From an uncultured Bacilli bacterium (GTDB taxonomy: Bacteria; Bacillota_I; Bacilli_A; RFN20; CAG-631), in assembly GCA_934201705.1 (NCBI GenBank), contig CAKPXF010000010.1, positions 19,256-83,255 of the forward strand: DNA of 64,000 nucleotides, given 5' to 3'. Numbering within the stretch: the first letter of the stretch is position 1; each line of letters begins with the position of its first letter. A model generated the notes under the pieces. It was given only the letters and a program-made list of their open reading frames with translations, had not been told where the DNA came from and searched no databases. A program made the position numbers and the translations under genes. Of this stretch, positions 49,643-59,500 are shown piece after piece.

Positions 49643-50608
49643 ATGAAACAAAAAAAGAATGATTGTAATGATACAATTACTTACAATAAAACCAGAGGGC
49701 AAGTAATACTAGGAAGAATGAAAAAAAATAGAGAAATCTATTTAATGCTTATTCCAGTCATGTTATTTTTCATAATTTTTAGTTATGTTCCAATGTATGG
49801 AATATTAATTGCTTGGAAAGATTTTTTACCTAAAAAAGGAATCATTGGCAGTAATTGGGTAGGTTGGAAATGGTTTAAAATGTTTTTTGAAAGGCCAGAG
49901 ATGCTAAGAGCCTTAAAAAATACAATTATTATTAGTGGGCTTAAGATAATTTTTTGTTTCCCGGCACCAATTATATTAGCTTTATTAATTAATGAGGTGC
50001 ATAGTGAAAAATTCAAGAAAGTTATTCAATGGGCTGTTTATTTACCTTATTTTATTAACTGGGTTGTAATCGGTGGAATTGTTAAGCAAATGCTTGCTGT
50101 TGATGATGGCTTGTTTAATAATATTAGAGAAGCTTTGGGCTTAAGCAGGGTAGCATTTTTATTAACGGATAGATACTTTTATGTAATTTTAATTTTAGCG
50201 GAATTATGGAAAGGTGTTGGCTGGGGAACAGTTATTTATACAGCTGGTATTTCCGGAATTGATCAATCAATGTATGAAGCTGCTCGTATTGATGGTTGTA
50301 ATAGATTTCAGCTTGTTAGTAAAATTACTTTGCCAAGTTTAATACCATTGATTGTAGTAATGCTTATTATGCAAATTGGGAATATAATGAATGCTGGCTT
50401 TGATTCGGTATATAACCTATATAATTCATCTATATTAAATGTTTCGGAAATTATTGATACTTTAATTTATAGTAGGGCTCAAAGCCAATATTATGAATTT
50501 TCAACAGCAGTAGGCTTATTTAAAAATGTTGTAAACTTTATGCTATTAATCTTTGCAAATTATTGGACTAAAAAGATTAATGGTTATAGTATGTATACAC
50601 TTGATTAA
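49643..50608 (+). CDS. Carbohydrate ABC transporter permease (LplB/YtcP-like)
   Basis: Six TM helices, EAA-like loop YEAARIDGCNRFQLVSKITLPSLIP. Confidence 0.7.
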   Translation: MKQKKNDCNDTITYNKTRGQVILGRMKKNREIYLMLIPVMLFFIIFSYVPMYGILIAWKDFLPKKGIIGSNWVGWKWFKMFFERPEMLRALKNTIIISGLKIIFCFPAPIILALLINEVHSEKFKKVIQWAVYLPYFINWVVIGGIVKQMLAVDDGLFNNIREALGLSRVAFLLTDRYFYVILILAELWKGVGWGTVIYTAGISGIDQSMYEAARIDGCNRFQLVSKITLPSLIPLIVVMLIMQIGNIMNAGFDSVYNLYNSSILNVSEIIDTLIYSRAQSQYYEFSTAVGLFKNVVNFMLLIFANYWTKKINGYSMYTLD

Positions 50609-50622
50609 AAGGAGGGTTAATT

Positions 50623-51535
50623 ATGAATAATGTAGCAACTTATAATAACATTAATGTTACTAAAAAGAAAAGAATATCTATTTTTGATATACTAAACTAT
50701 ATATTTTTAACGCTTCTTGCATTAATTTGCCTTTTCCCAGTAGTTTATGAAATATTGCTTTCAGTTTCGTCAAAACAAGATTATTTAAATGCAACAGTAA
50801 TGGTACTTCCATTTCATTTTAATGTAGAATCTTATAAGTATATTTTCGGACAAGGTAGAGTTTTAAAAGCCTTAGGAATATCTTTATTAACTACAATTGT
50901 TTGGAACAGCATACTCAATGCTTTTAACATGCTTTGGTGCTTATGCATTTACTAAAAAGAATGTTCCAGGATTAAAAATATTTTTTACAATAATAATTAT
51001 AACAATGTTCTTTGGCGGAGGAATTATCCCATTTTATTTAACAGTAAAATCAATTATTGGTATTAATAATTTATGGTGTTTAATTATCCCATTTGGAATA
51101 AATGCCTTTAACTTAATTATTATGCGTAATTTCTTCTCTCAAGTACCAAATGAAATTATCGAATCAGCAAAGCTTGATGGAGCAAGTGAATTTAGAATTT
51201 TATTTCAAATAATTATTCCTTTATCAAAATCTGGTATTGCTACAATTGTCTTATGGTATGTAGTATCTTATTGGGATGCTTGGTATTGGCCATCATTTTT
51301 CCTATCAAAGCGTACTGATTTATATCCTTTAGCCTTAGAGTTAAGAAATTTATTACAAGGACTAGATGGCTCTAATCCTGTCGATCCAGGAACAGGACTT
51401 GATGGAACTCAACTATTTGGTCAAGGGCAAAATGCAGCTACAATAGTAATATCAATATTGCCTATATTGATTTTCTATCCATTTATTCAAAAATATTTTG
51501 TAAAGGGCGTTATGTTAGGATCAGTGAAAGGATAA
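50623..51535 (+). pseudogene. Carbohydrate ABC transporter permease (LplC-like) interrupted by a frameshift
   Basis: Two overlapping ORFs, 50623-50955 and 50897-51535 (the second starting at TTG), together make up one permease. The EAA loop AKLDGASEFRILFQIIIPLSKSGI is in the second half. The frame changes near the T-run gtttgg at about 50898-50905. Confidence 0.6.
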
Positions 51536-51539
51536 ATAT

Positions 51540-53219
51540 ATGAAAAATAATTATTTAGCAATATTAATGGTTTTATTATCATGCTCTTTAGGTGCGTGTA
51601 ATTCAAGCCAAAATAGTGAAATAATAAATGATAGTTCAAGTGATATGAAAGAAAGTAATTGTGAAGTATATGCAACTGAATATGCAAATATAAAAGAATG
51701 TAATGATTTAAATGCTTATCAAAGTGATGTTTCTACAAATCTACCAGTAGAGAATGGGGTTATTATTAGTCCATATTATAATTTAAAAATAAATGAAAAA
51801 GATATTCCAGTTTATGCTACAAGAACAGCTAATACAATTCATTCATTTGCTTATTTAGATGTTGATGTAAAAGACGATAATAATGAATTTAATTTAAACG
51901 TTGAAGTTTCTACTAAAAAAGCGAGTTCTGTATTAAATAAAAAGAATGCTAAAGTAGTAGTACTTCCACAAAAAAGAAATGTAAAAGCTTCAATAAATGA
52001 TAAGAAAATTACAGCAAATATTAGTGAATTTGGAAGCTACTCATTTGCTTTTAATACTAAGCAAGATGAGGCTTTAACAATAATTGTTGCTAAAAAAGAA
52101 AATAAAAAAGAAATATTTAATGATAAGGAAGTTATTTATATAAATCCTGATGATTATTCAAGCAATGAAAGAAGAAATGAAACTTTATTTGAAGAAGCTA
52201 ATAAGGTTTATTATTTTAAAGAAGGAAGATATCAAATTGATAAAATAACTGTTCCTGAAAATAGTGTTTTATATTTAGAGCAAGGAGCTTATTTAGAAAT
52301 TATTCCAACAACCTCACAAGCTGCTATTCAATCAATTGGTGAAAGTAATATAGTTGTAGCCGGACGTGGCTTAATTGATTATTCAGCATGTTGTGGGGGA
52401 GAAGTACCAGCGCCTTATTATAATAATAAAGGTGGGTTAATTTTTACAAATGTCACAAATATTGATTTTAGTGGTATCACTGTTATCAATTCCCAAACAT
52501 GGACATTATGCTTAAATGATTGTAAAGAAATTAAGGTTCATGATTGCTTGTTTTTTGGCTATCGTGTTTATTCAGATGGAATAATGCTATCTGATTGTAA
52601 AAATGCTGTAGTATATCAAAACTTTGTACGTACAGGTGATGATGCTTTTGAAACAAAATCAACAACTTCAACTGGGTTAACTGAAAATGTTTATTTTAAA
52701 AACAATGATGCTTGGACTGATAAGGGCGTTGCTTATGGTTGCATTTATGAAAGTAATCATGATACTAGTGATGTTCATTTTGAGGATAATACAGTTGGTT
52801 TTGCTTTGGGAACATGGAGTAATCATTTGGGTTGCTTAGTTATTCAAATGGGCAATAGAAAAGGTGCAAAAATTTATGATATAACATTTAACAATATTGA
52901 AATTTATGCAAGCCATAATCAAGCTATTATGAATATATTTATTGGCGGAAGTGGTGGTAGAGGTGAAGGATATGGTATTGTTAAAGATATATATTTTAAA
53001 AATGTTACAGCAAGAAGAAATTATGGAGCATTTTTAAATCTTAGAACCTATGATAGCGAGAATTGCTTTATTTATGATGTATATGTTGATAATGTTAGAT
53101 CTAATGATATTTTATTAACAAGTGAAAATTATAAGACAGAAGGCTATATTACAGATAATGTAGTTGGTGGATATAATTTTAAACGTTTAAGAATTAATAC
53201 ATTAACAGAAGGAGAATAA
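51540..53219 (+). CDS. Beta-helix (clan GH-N-like) putative glycoside hydrolase lipoprotein, paralog 2
   Basis: Lipobox SLGAC. FGYRVYSDGIMLSDCKNAVVYQNFVRTGDDAFETKS ... AYGCIYESNHD. Same architecture as 47999-49615. Confidence 0.45.
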   Translation: MKNNYLAILMVLLSCSLGACNSSQNSEIINDSSSDMKESNCEVYATEYANIKECNDLNAYQSDVSTNLPVENGVIISPYYNLKINEKDIPVYATRTANTIHSFAYLDVDVKDDNNEFNLNVEVSTKKASSVLNKKNAKVVVLPQKRNVKASINDKKITANISEFGSYSFAFNTKQDEALTIIVAKKENKKEIFNDKEVIYINPDDYSSNERRNETLFEEANKVYYFKEGRYQIDKITVPENSVLYLEQGAYLEIIPTTSQAAIQSIGESNIVVAGRGLIDYSACCGGEVPAPYYNNKGGLIFTNVTNIDFSGITVINSQTWTLCLNDCKEIKVHDCLFFGYRVYSDGIMLSDCKNAVVYQNFVRTGDDAFETKSTTSTGLTENVYFKNNDAWTDKGVAYGCIYESNHDTSDVHFEDNTVGFALGTWSNHLGCLVIQMGNRKGAKIYDITFNNIEIYASHNQAIMNIFIGGSGGRGEGYGIVKDIYFKNVTARRNYGAFLNLRTYDSENCFIYDVYVDNVRSNDILLTSENYKTEGYITDNVVGGYNFKRLRINTLTEGE

Positions 53220-53221
53220 CT

Positions 53222-54907
53222 ATGATTAATAAAAAAATACTAATAGCTATACCTTTAATTCTTTTAAATATAAATGGTTGTAATAATAATGAAAATGAAT
53301 CATCCTTAAGTACTTCTTCAACAGCTGAGGAAACTTCATCGTCTCAAACAACAGCTACTTTTACAAAAATACATAAGGTTTCTTATAATGAAGTAAATGT
53401 TCAAAAGGATATGGATAAATTTTATAATGAGACTAAAAATGCTAAAGGAAGTTCAAATGATAATCCTCTTGATTATGGCTTTGTAAATAGTGTTTGGCAT
53501 GAACTTAAAATTAATAATGAAAAGATTAATGTGTATTCAGCAAGATGTGGTTATGGTATTCATTCATTTGCTTGGATTGACGTTGAAACTGATGGTGATT
53601 TCACTTTAGATATTGATTTAACATTACTAAGTGGTAGCTATTCTAAAGTTACAGTTTTACCTGAAAAGGAAAATGTAAAAGCTTCAATAAATGGAAGTGA
53701 AGTATCATCAAAAATAACATCGTATGGTAATTTCTCATTTGTTTTTGATGAATTACCTTATATGGCAATGACTTTATATGTAGCACCATATAGTAAAGTA
53801 GAAACAATAAGTGGTTACGAAACTGTTACTATTAATCCTGGCGTATATAATAACATAGATAATTCTTTAGAATTTAAAAACGGGAATACTATTTATGTTT
53901 TTAAAAGTGGAGTATATGACATTACAAGTATCAATGTTCCAAGTGATAGCGTTATATATTTTGAAAGAGGTTGTTATTTTAGAGTTTTTGAAGGATTTGA
54001 TAAGGATTATAAAGCTGCAATTACATCAACTGGTAATAATGTAAAAATTGAAGGAAGAGCTTTATTTGATTTTTCAAAATGCATGGGTGGCGATAATAAA
54101 ACTAAAGGTGTTTATTCATTTAGTGGTGAAAACATTCATGTTGAAGGATTAATTACAATTAATTCAAATAACTGGTCTTTATGTTTCAATGCAGCTAAAA
54201 AGGCAGAGGTTGAAAGATGTATGTTCTTTTCTTATAGAACGTATTCAGATGGTGTTATGTTTTCTGATTCACAAGATTGTGTGGCTCGTGATTGCTTTGT
54301 ACGTACTGGCGATGATGCTATGGAGGTTAAAGCATTTTCAACAACTTCTAGTCAAACGAATAATGTTTTATTTGAAAACAATAGTGTTTGGACTGATAAA
54401 GGCATTGCATATGGATGTATATATGAAAGTGTCCATGATGTTGAAAATGTTTACTTTAAAAACAATTCAGTAGGTTTTGCACAAGCATCATGGAGTGAGC
54501 ATTTAGGTTGTTTAGTTATTCAAATGGGATCAATGAAGCAATCAACATGGCATGATGTTTACTTTGAAAATATTGAAATATACAAAACTTCATGCTCAAT
54601 GATAAGCTTATATAATAGAGCTTTAAATGCTACTGAAGGTGGAAAAATAAAAGATATTTATTTCAAAAATGTTGTTGCAAAATATGTAAATGTAATTAAT
54701 TTACCTGTTTATGGTATTAATATTGTAATTAGATTAGGTAATGGAGCAGATTTTAGAAATAGTGTAATTGGTAATGCTTATATCGATAATTGTAGTTTTG
54801 AAGGGACATTAATTGATGAAGATAATTATAAACAATTTACTAATATAGCCTTAGATGATAATGCAAAATTTTCTACTAAAAACATTATTATTAATTCGTT
54901 AGCATAA
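53222..54907 (+). CDS. Beta-helix (clan GH-N-like) putative glycoside hydrolase lipoprotein, paralog 3
   Basis: Lipobox NINGC. FSYRTYSDGVMFSDSQDCVARDCFVRTGDDAMEVKA ... AYGCIYESVHD. Confidence 0.45.
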   Translation: MINKKILIAIPLILLNINGCNNNENESSLSTSSTAEETSSSQTTATFTKIHKVSYNEVNVQKDMDKFYNETKNAKGSSNDNPLDYGFVNSVWHELKINNEKINVYSARCGYGIHSFAWIDVETDGDFTLDIDLTLLSGSYSKVTVLPEKENVKASINGSEVSSKITSYGNFSFVFDELPYMAMTLYVAPYSKVETISGYETVTINPGVYNNIDNSLEFKNGNTIYVFKSGVYDITSINVPSDSVIYFERGCYFRVFEGFDKDYKAAITSTGNNVKIEGRALFDFSKCMGGDNKTKGVYSFSGENIHVEGLITINSNNWSLCFNAAKKAEVERCMFFSYRTYSDGVMFSDSQDCVARDCFVRTGDDAMEVKAFSTTSSQTNNVLFENNSVWTDKGIAYGCIYESVHDVENVYFKNNSVGFAQASWSEHLGCLVIQMGSMKQSTWHDVYFENIEIYKTSCSMISLYNRALNATEGGKIKDIYFKNVVAKYVNVINLPVYGINIVIRLGNGADFRNSVIGNAYIDNCSFEGTLIDEDNYKQFTNIALDDNAKFSTKNIIINSLA

Positions 54908-54970
54908 TGTTTAAATCATCTAGAAAGGAGAATTAATTTAATTGTGGTTAATTAAATTATATATAGATAT

Positions 54971-57067
54971 ATGGTAAATGATAAAAAAATAATATATTGT
55001 GAATTAAATGGAGTTACTTTGATTTATGCATTTAGAGATGGTGTAGTAACATTTACATGTGTTCCATTTAACCTTAAAGATAAAGTAAAAGAACATCGCT
55101 TATATAAAGACAATTGGTGTCAATATTTTAAAATTGATCCAATGGTTCAGGTTGCTAGAAAAAATGATGAAGTATTAAGAGATTTTTCGGCAGGAGAAAC
55201 ACTTTATAATTCTTCTACAGCTTATAATTTACGTTTTGTAAGGCAAGAAATTATAGAAGATGAAACAAAAAAAGAAGTTAGAACATATTTAAAAACTGAA
55301 GATGACTTTAATGTTACTCATGTTGTATCACAAAGAAAGGGCTTTTTAGCTTTTGAAATGTGGAATGAAATTGAAAATAAAGGTAATGAATGTTATATCG
55401 ATAGATTATCATCATTTACAATTGGATCACTATCACCTTTTATGGATGAAAATGATCCTAGCAAGTTAATTTTACATACATTACAAAGCTATTGGTCAAT
55501 TGAAGGAAGAAAGGAAAGTACACCACTTTCTAAATATAATTTTGAGGATTCTTGGTCGGGACTTGGTATTAAGATTCATAAAATTGGCTCACGTGGTACA
55601 ATGCCTTCAAAGAATTATCATCCATTTGTTGCTTTAGAAGATATTTCAAATAATGTTACTTGGGCTGTGCAAATTGAGGCACCATCATCATGGGAAATTG
55701 AAACACTTCATAGATATGGTAGTGTTGTTTTAACAGGTGGACAAGCCGATTATTTATATGGGCATTGGCGTAAAAAGTTAAATCACAATGACATATTTGT
55801 TAGTAGAAAAGCCTATGTTAGCGTTGTTGAAGGAAATTTAACTAAAGCTTGTGCTATATTAACAAGATATCATGATAATTTATTAAATGTTCCTAGCATT
55901 GAAGAAGATTTACCAATTATTTATAATGAATATTTACATAGTTGGGGAAGACCAAATATAACTAATGTAACTGAACAATTAAAATTTGCTAAACAATTTA
56001 ATGTAAAATATTTTGTTATAGATGCTGGATGGTTTTGCTCATTAAATGATGATTTACTTGGCGATTGGGAAGTAAATACAAATGCTTTTCCTAATGGCTT
56101 AAGTGAATATTCTAAAAAAGCTCATGAACTTGGCTATAGTGCCGCTGGTGTATGGTATGAACTTGAAGCAGCAACTACTAATTCTAAAATTAGCAAGTAT
56201 ACAGATTATTTAGCAAAAGTTGATGGTGAAATTATTAAAAGAGCAAATAGATTATTGCTTGATTTTAATAATGAAAAAGTAATGGATTATTTAACTACAA
56301 AAGTAATCGATAACTTAAAAAATAATGAACTTAACTATATTAAAATTGATTATAATGAAAATATTGGCTATGGTATAGATGATAAAGATAGTGTTGGCGA
56401 AGGATTAAGAAAGCATGCTGAAAATGTTGTTTCTTTTATGAAAAAAATCACAAAAGAGGTTCCAAATCTTGTTTTAGAAAATTGTTCATCAGGTGGTATG
56501 AGACATGAAATAGTTTATAACACTATTGGAAGTATGGTTTCATTTTCAGATGCTCATGAAATAGCAGGCGGTGCGATTATTGCTATGGATTTACATAGAA
56601 TAATGCAACCTAGAATAATGCAAATATGGGCTAGTATTTTACCAAAATTATCTCTTGATGATATTTACTTTACAATGGCTAAATCAATGCTTGGAAGAAT
56701 ATGTTTATCAGGTCAACTTGATAATGTGCCAGAAGAATATCTAATGGTAGTTAAAAAAGGCGTTGATTTTTATAATAATATTAAAAATGTTATAAAAAAT
56801 GGAAATACAACTTTAATTGACACTGATGAAGCTACTTCTATTTTACATCCACATGGAGTAATAAGACTTATTAGAAAATTACCTGATGATAGTAAAAAAG
56901 TATGCTATATATTCTCATTTGATAAAGATGCGCGTTCATTTAGCTTTAAAGAAAATGGCTATAAATTAACAAATGTCTTTACTAATGCGACTATTGACGA
57001 AAATGAAAATATAACGTTTAATAAAAAAGCAACATGTGCAGTACTTGTTTATGAAAAGGAAAAGTAA
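54971..57067 (+). CDS. Glycoside hydrolase family 36-like alpha-galactosidase
   Basis: KYFVIDAGWF (DDGW-like), YIKIDYNE, ENCSSGGMRHE (C-x-GGG-R-like motif). About 700 aa with an N-terminal beta domain. Cytoplasmic. Confidence 0.55.
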   Translation: MVNDKKIIYCELNGVTLIYAFRDGVVTFTCVPFNLKDKVKEHRLYKDNWCQYFKIDPMVQVARKNDEVLRDFSAGETLYNSSTAYNLRFVRQEIIEDETKKEVRTYLKTEDDFNVTHVVSQRKGFLAFEMWNEIENKGNECYIDRLSSFTIGSLSPFMDENDPSKLILHTLQSYWSIEGRKESTPLSKYNFEDSWSGLGIKIHKIGSRGTMPSKNYHPFVALEDISNNVTWAVQIEAPSSWEIETLHRYGSVVLTGGQADYLYGHWRKKLNHNDIFVSRKAYVSVVEGNLTKACAILTRYHDNLLNVPSIEEDLPIIYNEYLHSWGRPNITNVTEQLKFAKQFNVKYFVIDAGWFCSLNDDLLGDWEVNTNAFPNGLSEYSKKAHELGYSAAGVWYELEAATTNSKISKYTDYLAKVDGEIIKRANRLLLDFNNEKVMDYLTTKVIDNLKNNELNYIKIDYNENIGYGIDDKDSVGEGLRKHAENVVSFMKKITKEVPNLVLENCSSGGMRHEIVYNTIGSMVSFSDAHEIAGGAIIAMDLHRIMQPRIMQIWASILPKLSLDDIYFTMAKSMLGRICLSGQLDNVPEEYLMVVKKGVDFYNNIKNVIKNGNTTLIDTDEATSILHPHGVIRLIRKLPDDSKKVCYIFSFDKDARSFSFKENGYKLTNVFTNATIDENENITFNKKATCAVLVYEKEK

Positions 57068-57069
57068 TT

Positions 57070-57921
57070 ATGAGAATTGATGAAATATTTATGAGAGATC
57101 CATTTTTATTTGTTGAAGATGGAGTTGGTTACTTAGTTGGAACGACTGATAAAACAGCTTGGGATGGTAAAGCTTGTGGCTTTTTAGGTTATAAAACCTA
57201 TGATTTAGTTAACTTTGAAGGACCATATGTATTATTTCAAAGAGATGATACATTTTGGGCTGATAAAAACTTTTGGGCTCCTGAATTACATAAATATAAA
57301 GGTAAATATTATTTAATTGCATCCTTTAAAAAAGAAGGAATGCATCGTGCTTCACAAGTTTTAGTTAGTGATAGTGTTTTTGGTACTTATACACCTTTAA
57401 AAAAGCCATTTACTCCTTCATCTTGGGAATGCTTAGATGCAACATTATATGAAGAAGATAATAAGCTTTATACTATCTTTTGTCACGAATGGACACAAAT
57501 AAAGGATGGGACGATGTGTTTAGCAACCTTTAATGATGATTTAACTTCTATTAAAGATGTAAAAACATTATTTAAAGCAAGTGATGCTAAATGGGTTGTA
57601 TCCTTAAAAGATAAGATAGGTTGTTATGTAACGGATGGTCCATTTTTATATAAGTTAAAAAGTGGAAAACTATTGATGCTTTGGTCAAGCCAAGGAAAAG
57701 AAGGCTATGCTATGGGTATGTCTATTTCACATAATGGTATTAATGGCCCTTGGATTCATCTTGATACTCCATTATTTTCAAAAGACGGAGGCCATGGTAT
57801 GATCTTTGATTTTAAAGGCAAAACATATGTTTCTTTGCATTGTCCAAATGAACCATTTTTAAGTGAAAGACCACATTTCTTTGAAGTAATTGAAAAAGAA
57901 GATAGACTTGAAATTAAATAA
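57070..57921 (+). CDS. Glycoside hydrolase family 43 protein (beta-xylosidase/arabinofuranosidase-like five-bladed propeller)
   Basis: DPFLFVEDGVGYLVGTTD at the N-terminus, FWAPELHKYKGKYYLIAS, EDNKLYTIFCHEW. Confidence 0.65.
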   Translation: MRIDEIFMRDPFLFVEDGVGYLVGTTDKTAWDGKACGFLGYKTYDLVNFEGPYVLFQRDDTFWADKNFWAPELHKYKGKYYLIASFKKEGMHRASQVLVSDSVFGTYTPLKKPFTPSSWECLDATLYEEDNKLYTIFCHEWTQIKDGTMCLATFNDDLTSIKDVKTLFKASDAKWVVSLKDKIGCYVTDGPFLYKLKSGKLLMLWSSQGKEGYAMGMSISHNGINGPWIHLDTPLFSKDGGHGMIFDFKGKTYVSLHCPNEPFLSERPHFFEVIEKEDRLEIK

Positions 57922-58175
57922 TAATAATAAAAAATCTTTTTAAGAAAAAACTAACTTTCCTAAAAAGGTTTTTTAAATTTTTAATAGTTTCTTTAACCTC
58001 CTTTTCAAATATGTCTACATCCAACTTTTAGGCCTTTAAAGCATCATCTTTAGTTTTACCATTTTCTAGTATTCAATAGATGATATAATCAAGCTTAGAT
58101 ATTAAAATACCATTATTTAATTTTTGATATTTTATAGTCACGATGCTATGTCTGTAAGCATAGTACACGTCTTAA

Positions 58176-58204
58176 TTGAAATTGTGTTAATAAAAATGTA
58201 TAAT
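58176..58204 (+). promoter_or_regulatory. Near-consensus sigma-70 promoter (TTGAAA, 17 nt, TG-TATAAT)
   Basis: ttgaaa at 58176-58181, a 17-nt spacer ending in TG, and tataat at 58199-58204. AGGAG lies at 58213-58217 and an ATG at 58227. Confidence 0.6.
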
Positions 58205-58226
58205 TTATTTGCAGGAGTTGGTAAAA

Positions 58227-58841
58227 ATGATAAAGCGTGCATGCAATGAATGTCAAATTAATGAAAGAAAAAAATAATTGATACGACAAATAAAATGTTT
58301 GCTAAAATGGATTACTAAAGCATTAAATGAAAACAATTGCTGAAAGAATAAGCATAGTTAGATCTTCTCTTTATTGCTATTATAAAAGTAAGGAATAAAT
58401 ATATTAAAAGATGATTATTGTGTTTTCTTAAATGAAATTATTGATTGCTTTAATAGAAAAAATAATAGTGATACTTTAGCAAAAAACATTAGTAATGTTT
58501 ATTTGAATCATATGCGTTTATTAAAAATAGTTTCAATATATTTAACTGATATAGAAATTCATTTATCAGTTGAAAAACTTGTAACATTTAAGCAAAATTT
58601 TAAAGAATTATTAACATCCTTAAACAAAAGTATTAAAAATCATTTTATCAATATTGATGATGAAGGTAGTGAAGTTATTGAGCATTCAATATTAATGCTA
58701 ACACATGCTTTATATCCTATGGTTAAACTAAATGAAAATCAAAGGCTAGCCATGGAAATAGTTGGTTTAAAAATAGTAGATAATGCTTTTTCATATACTT
58801 ATAATTATCTAAAGTTTTTATTTTCTAAATTAGGAGAGTAG
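58227..58841 (+). pseudogene. TetR-family transcriptional regulator, N-terminal HTH region decayed by at least two frameshifts; C-terminal domain ORF intact
   Basis: Three frames carry consecutive TetR N-terminal pieces: KKIIDTTNKMFAKMDY(stop), then KTIAERISIVRSSLYCYYKSKE(stop), then INILKDDYCVFLNEIIDCF..., which runs into the annotated ORF 58503-58841. Confidence 0.55.
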
Positions 58842-58843
58842 CT

Positions 58844-59500
58844 ATGAAATTAAAAAAAACAATTAAATGGATTATATGTGGATTATTATTTTTATCTTTT
58901 TTTACTATAATGCTATTTGTGATAATAAAAAAGGATTTAGTTATTGATAATAATGTTTATAGCTTTATGAAAGCTAATATTATAAATGAAAATCTAACAC
59001 CATTTGTAAAAGTATTAACGCAATTTTGTGGAGAAATAACAATTACTTGCTTTGCTATAGTTTTGTTTATAATCTTTATGTTTAAAAATAAAAAATTAGC
59101 ACTTTTTATGGCTTTAAATATAATTTGCTCTGTGATTTTAAATAATGCTATAAAGTTTATTATTTTGCGTCCTCGACCACTTGAAGAAAATAGATTAATT
59201 CATGCAAGTGGCTATAGCTTTCCTTCAGGTCATGCCATGAATGGAATAGTTTTTTACGGTTTTTTAGTATATTTGCTTTATAAAATGATTAAAAATAAGC
59301 CTTTAAAATATAGTTTAATGATTTTAATAAATATAGTTGTATTTTTAGTTGGGTTAAGTCGAATATATTTAGGAGTACATTATACAAGTGATGTTATTGC
59401 TGGATATTTATTTGGCTTTGCTTATCTAATTATATCAATAAGCTTACTAAGAAAGTTCAATATAATCAAAGGAGAAATTAAAAATGAAGCAACAAATTAA
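58844..59500 (+). CDS. PAP2-family phosphatase (undecaprenyl-diphosphate / phosphatidate phosphatase-like)
   Basis: KFIILRPRP, SFPSGHA, SRIYLGVHYTSDV, the three PAP2 signature motifs. Five or six TM helices. Confidence 0.7.
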   Translation: MKLKKTIKWIICGLLFLSFFTIMLFVIIKKDLVIDNNVYSFMKANIINENLTPFVKVLTQFCGEITITCFAIVLFIIFMFKNKKLALFMALNIICSVILNNAIKFIILRPRPLEENRLIHASGYSFPSGHAMNGIVFYGFLVYLLYKMIKNKPLKYSLMILINIVVFLVGLSRIYLGVHYTSDVIAGYLFGFAYLIISISLLRKFNIIKGEIKNEATN

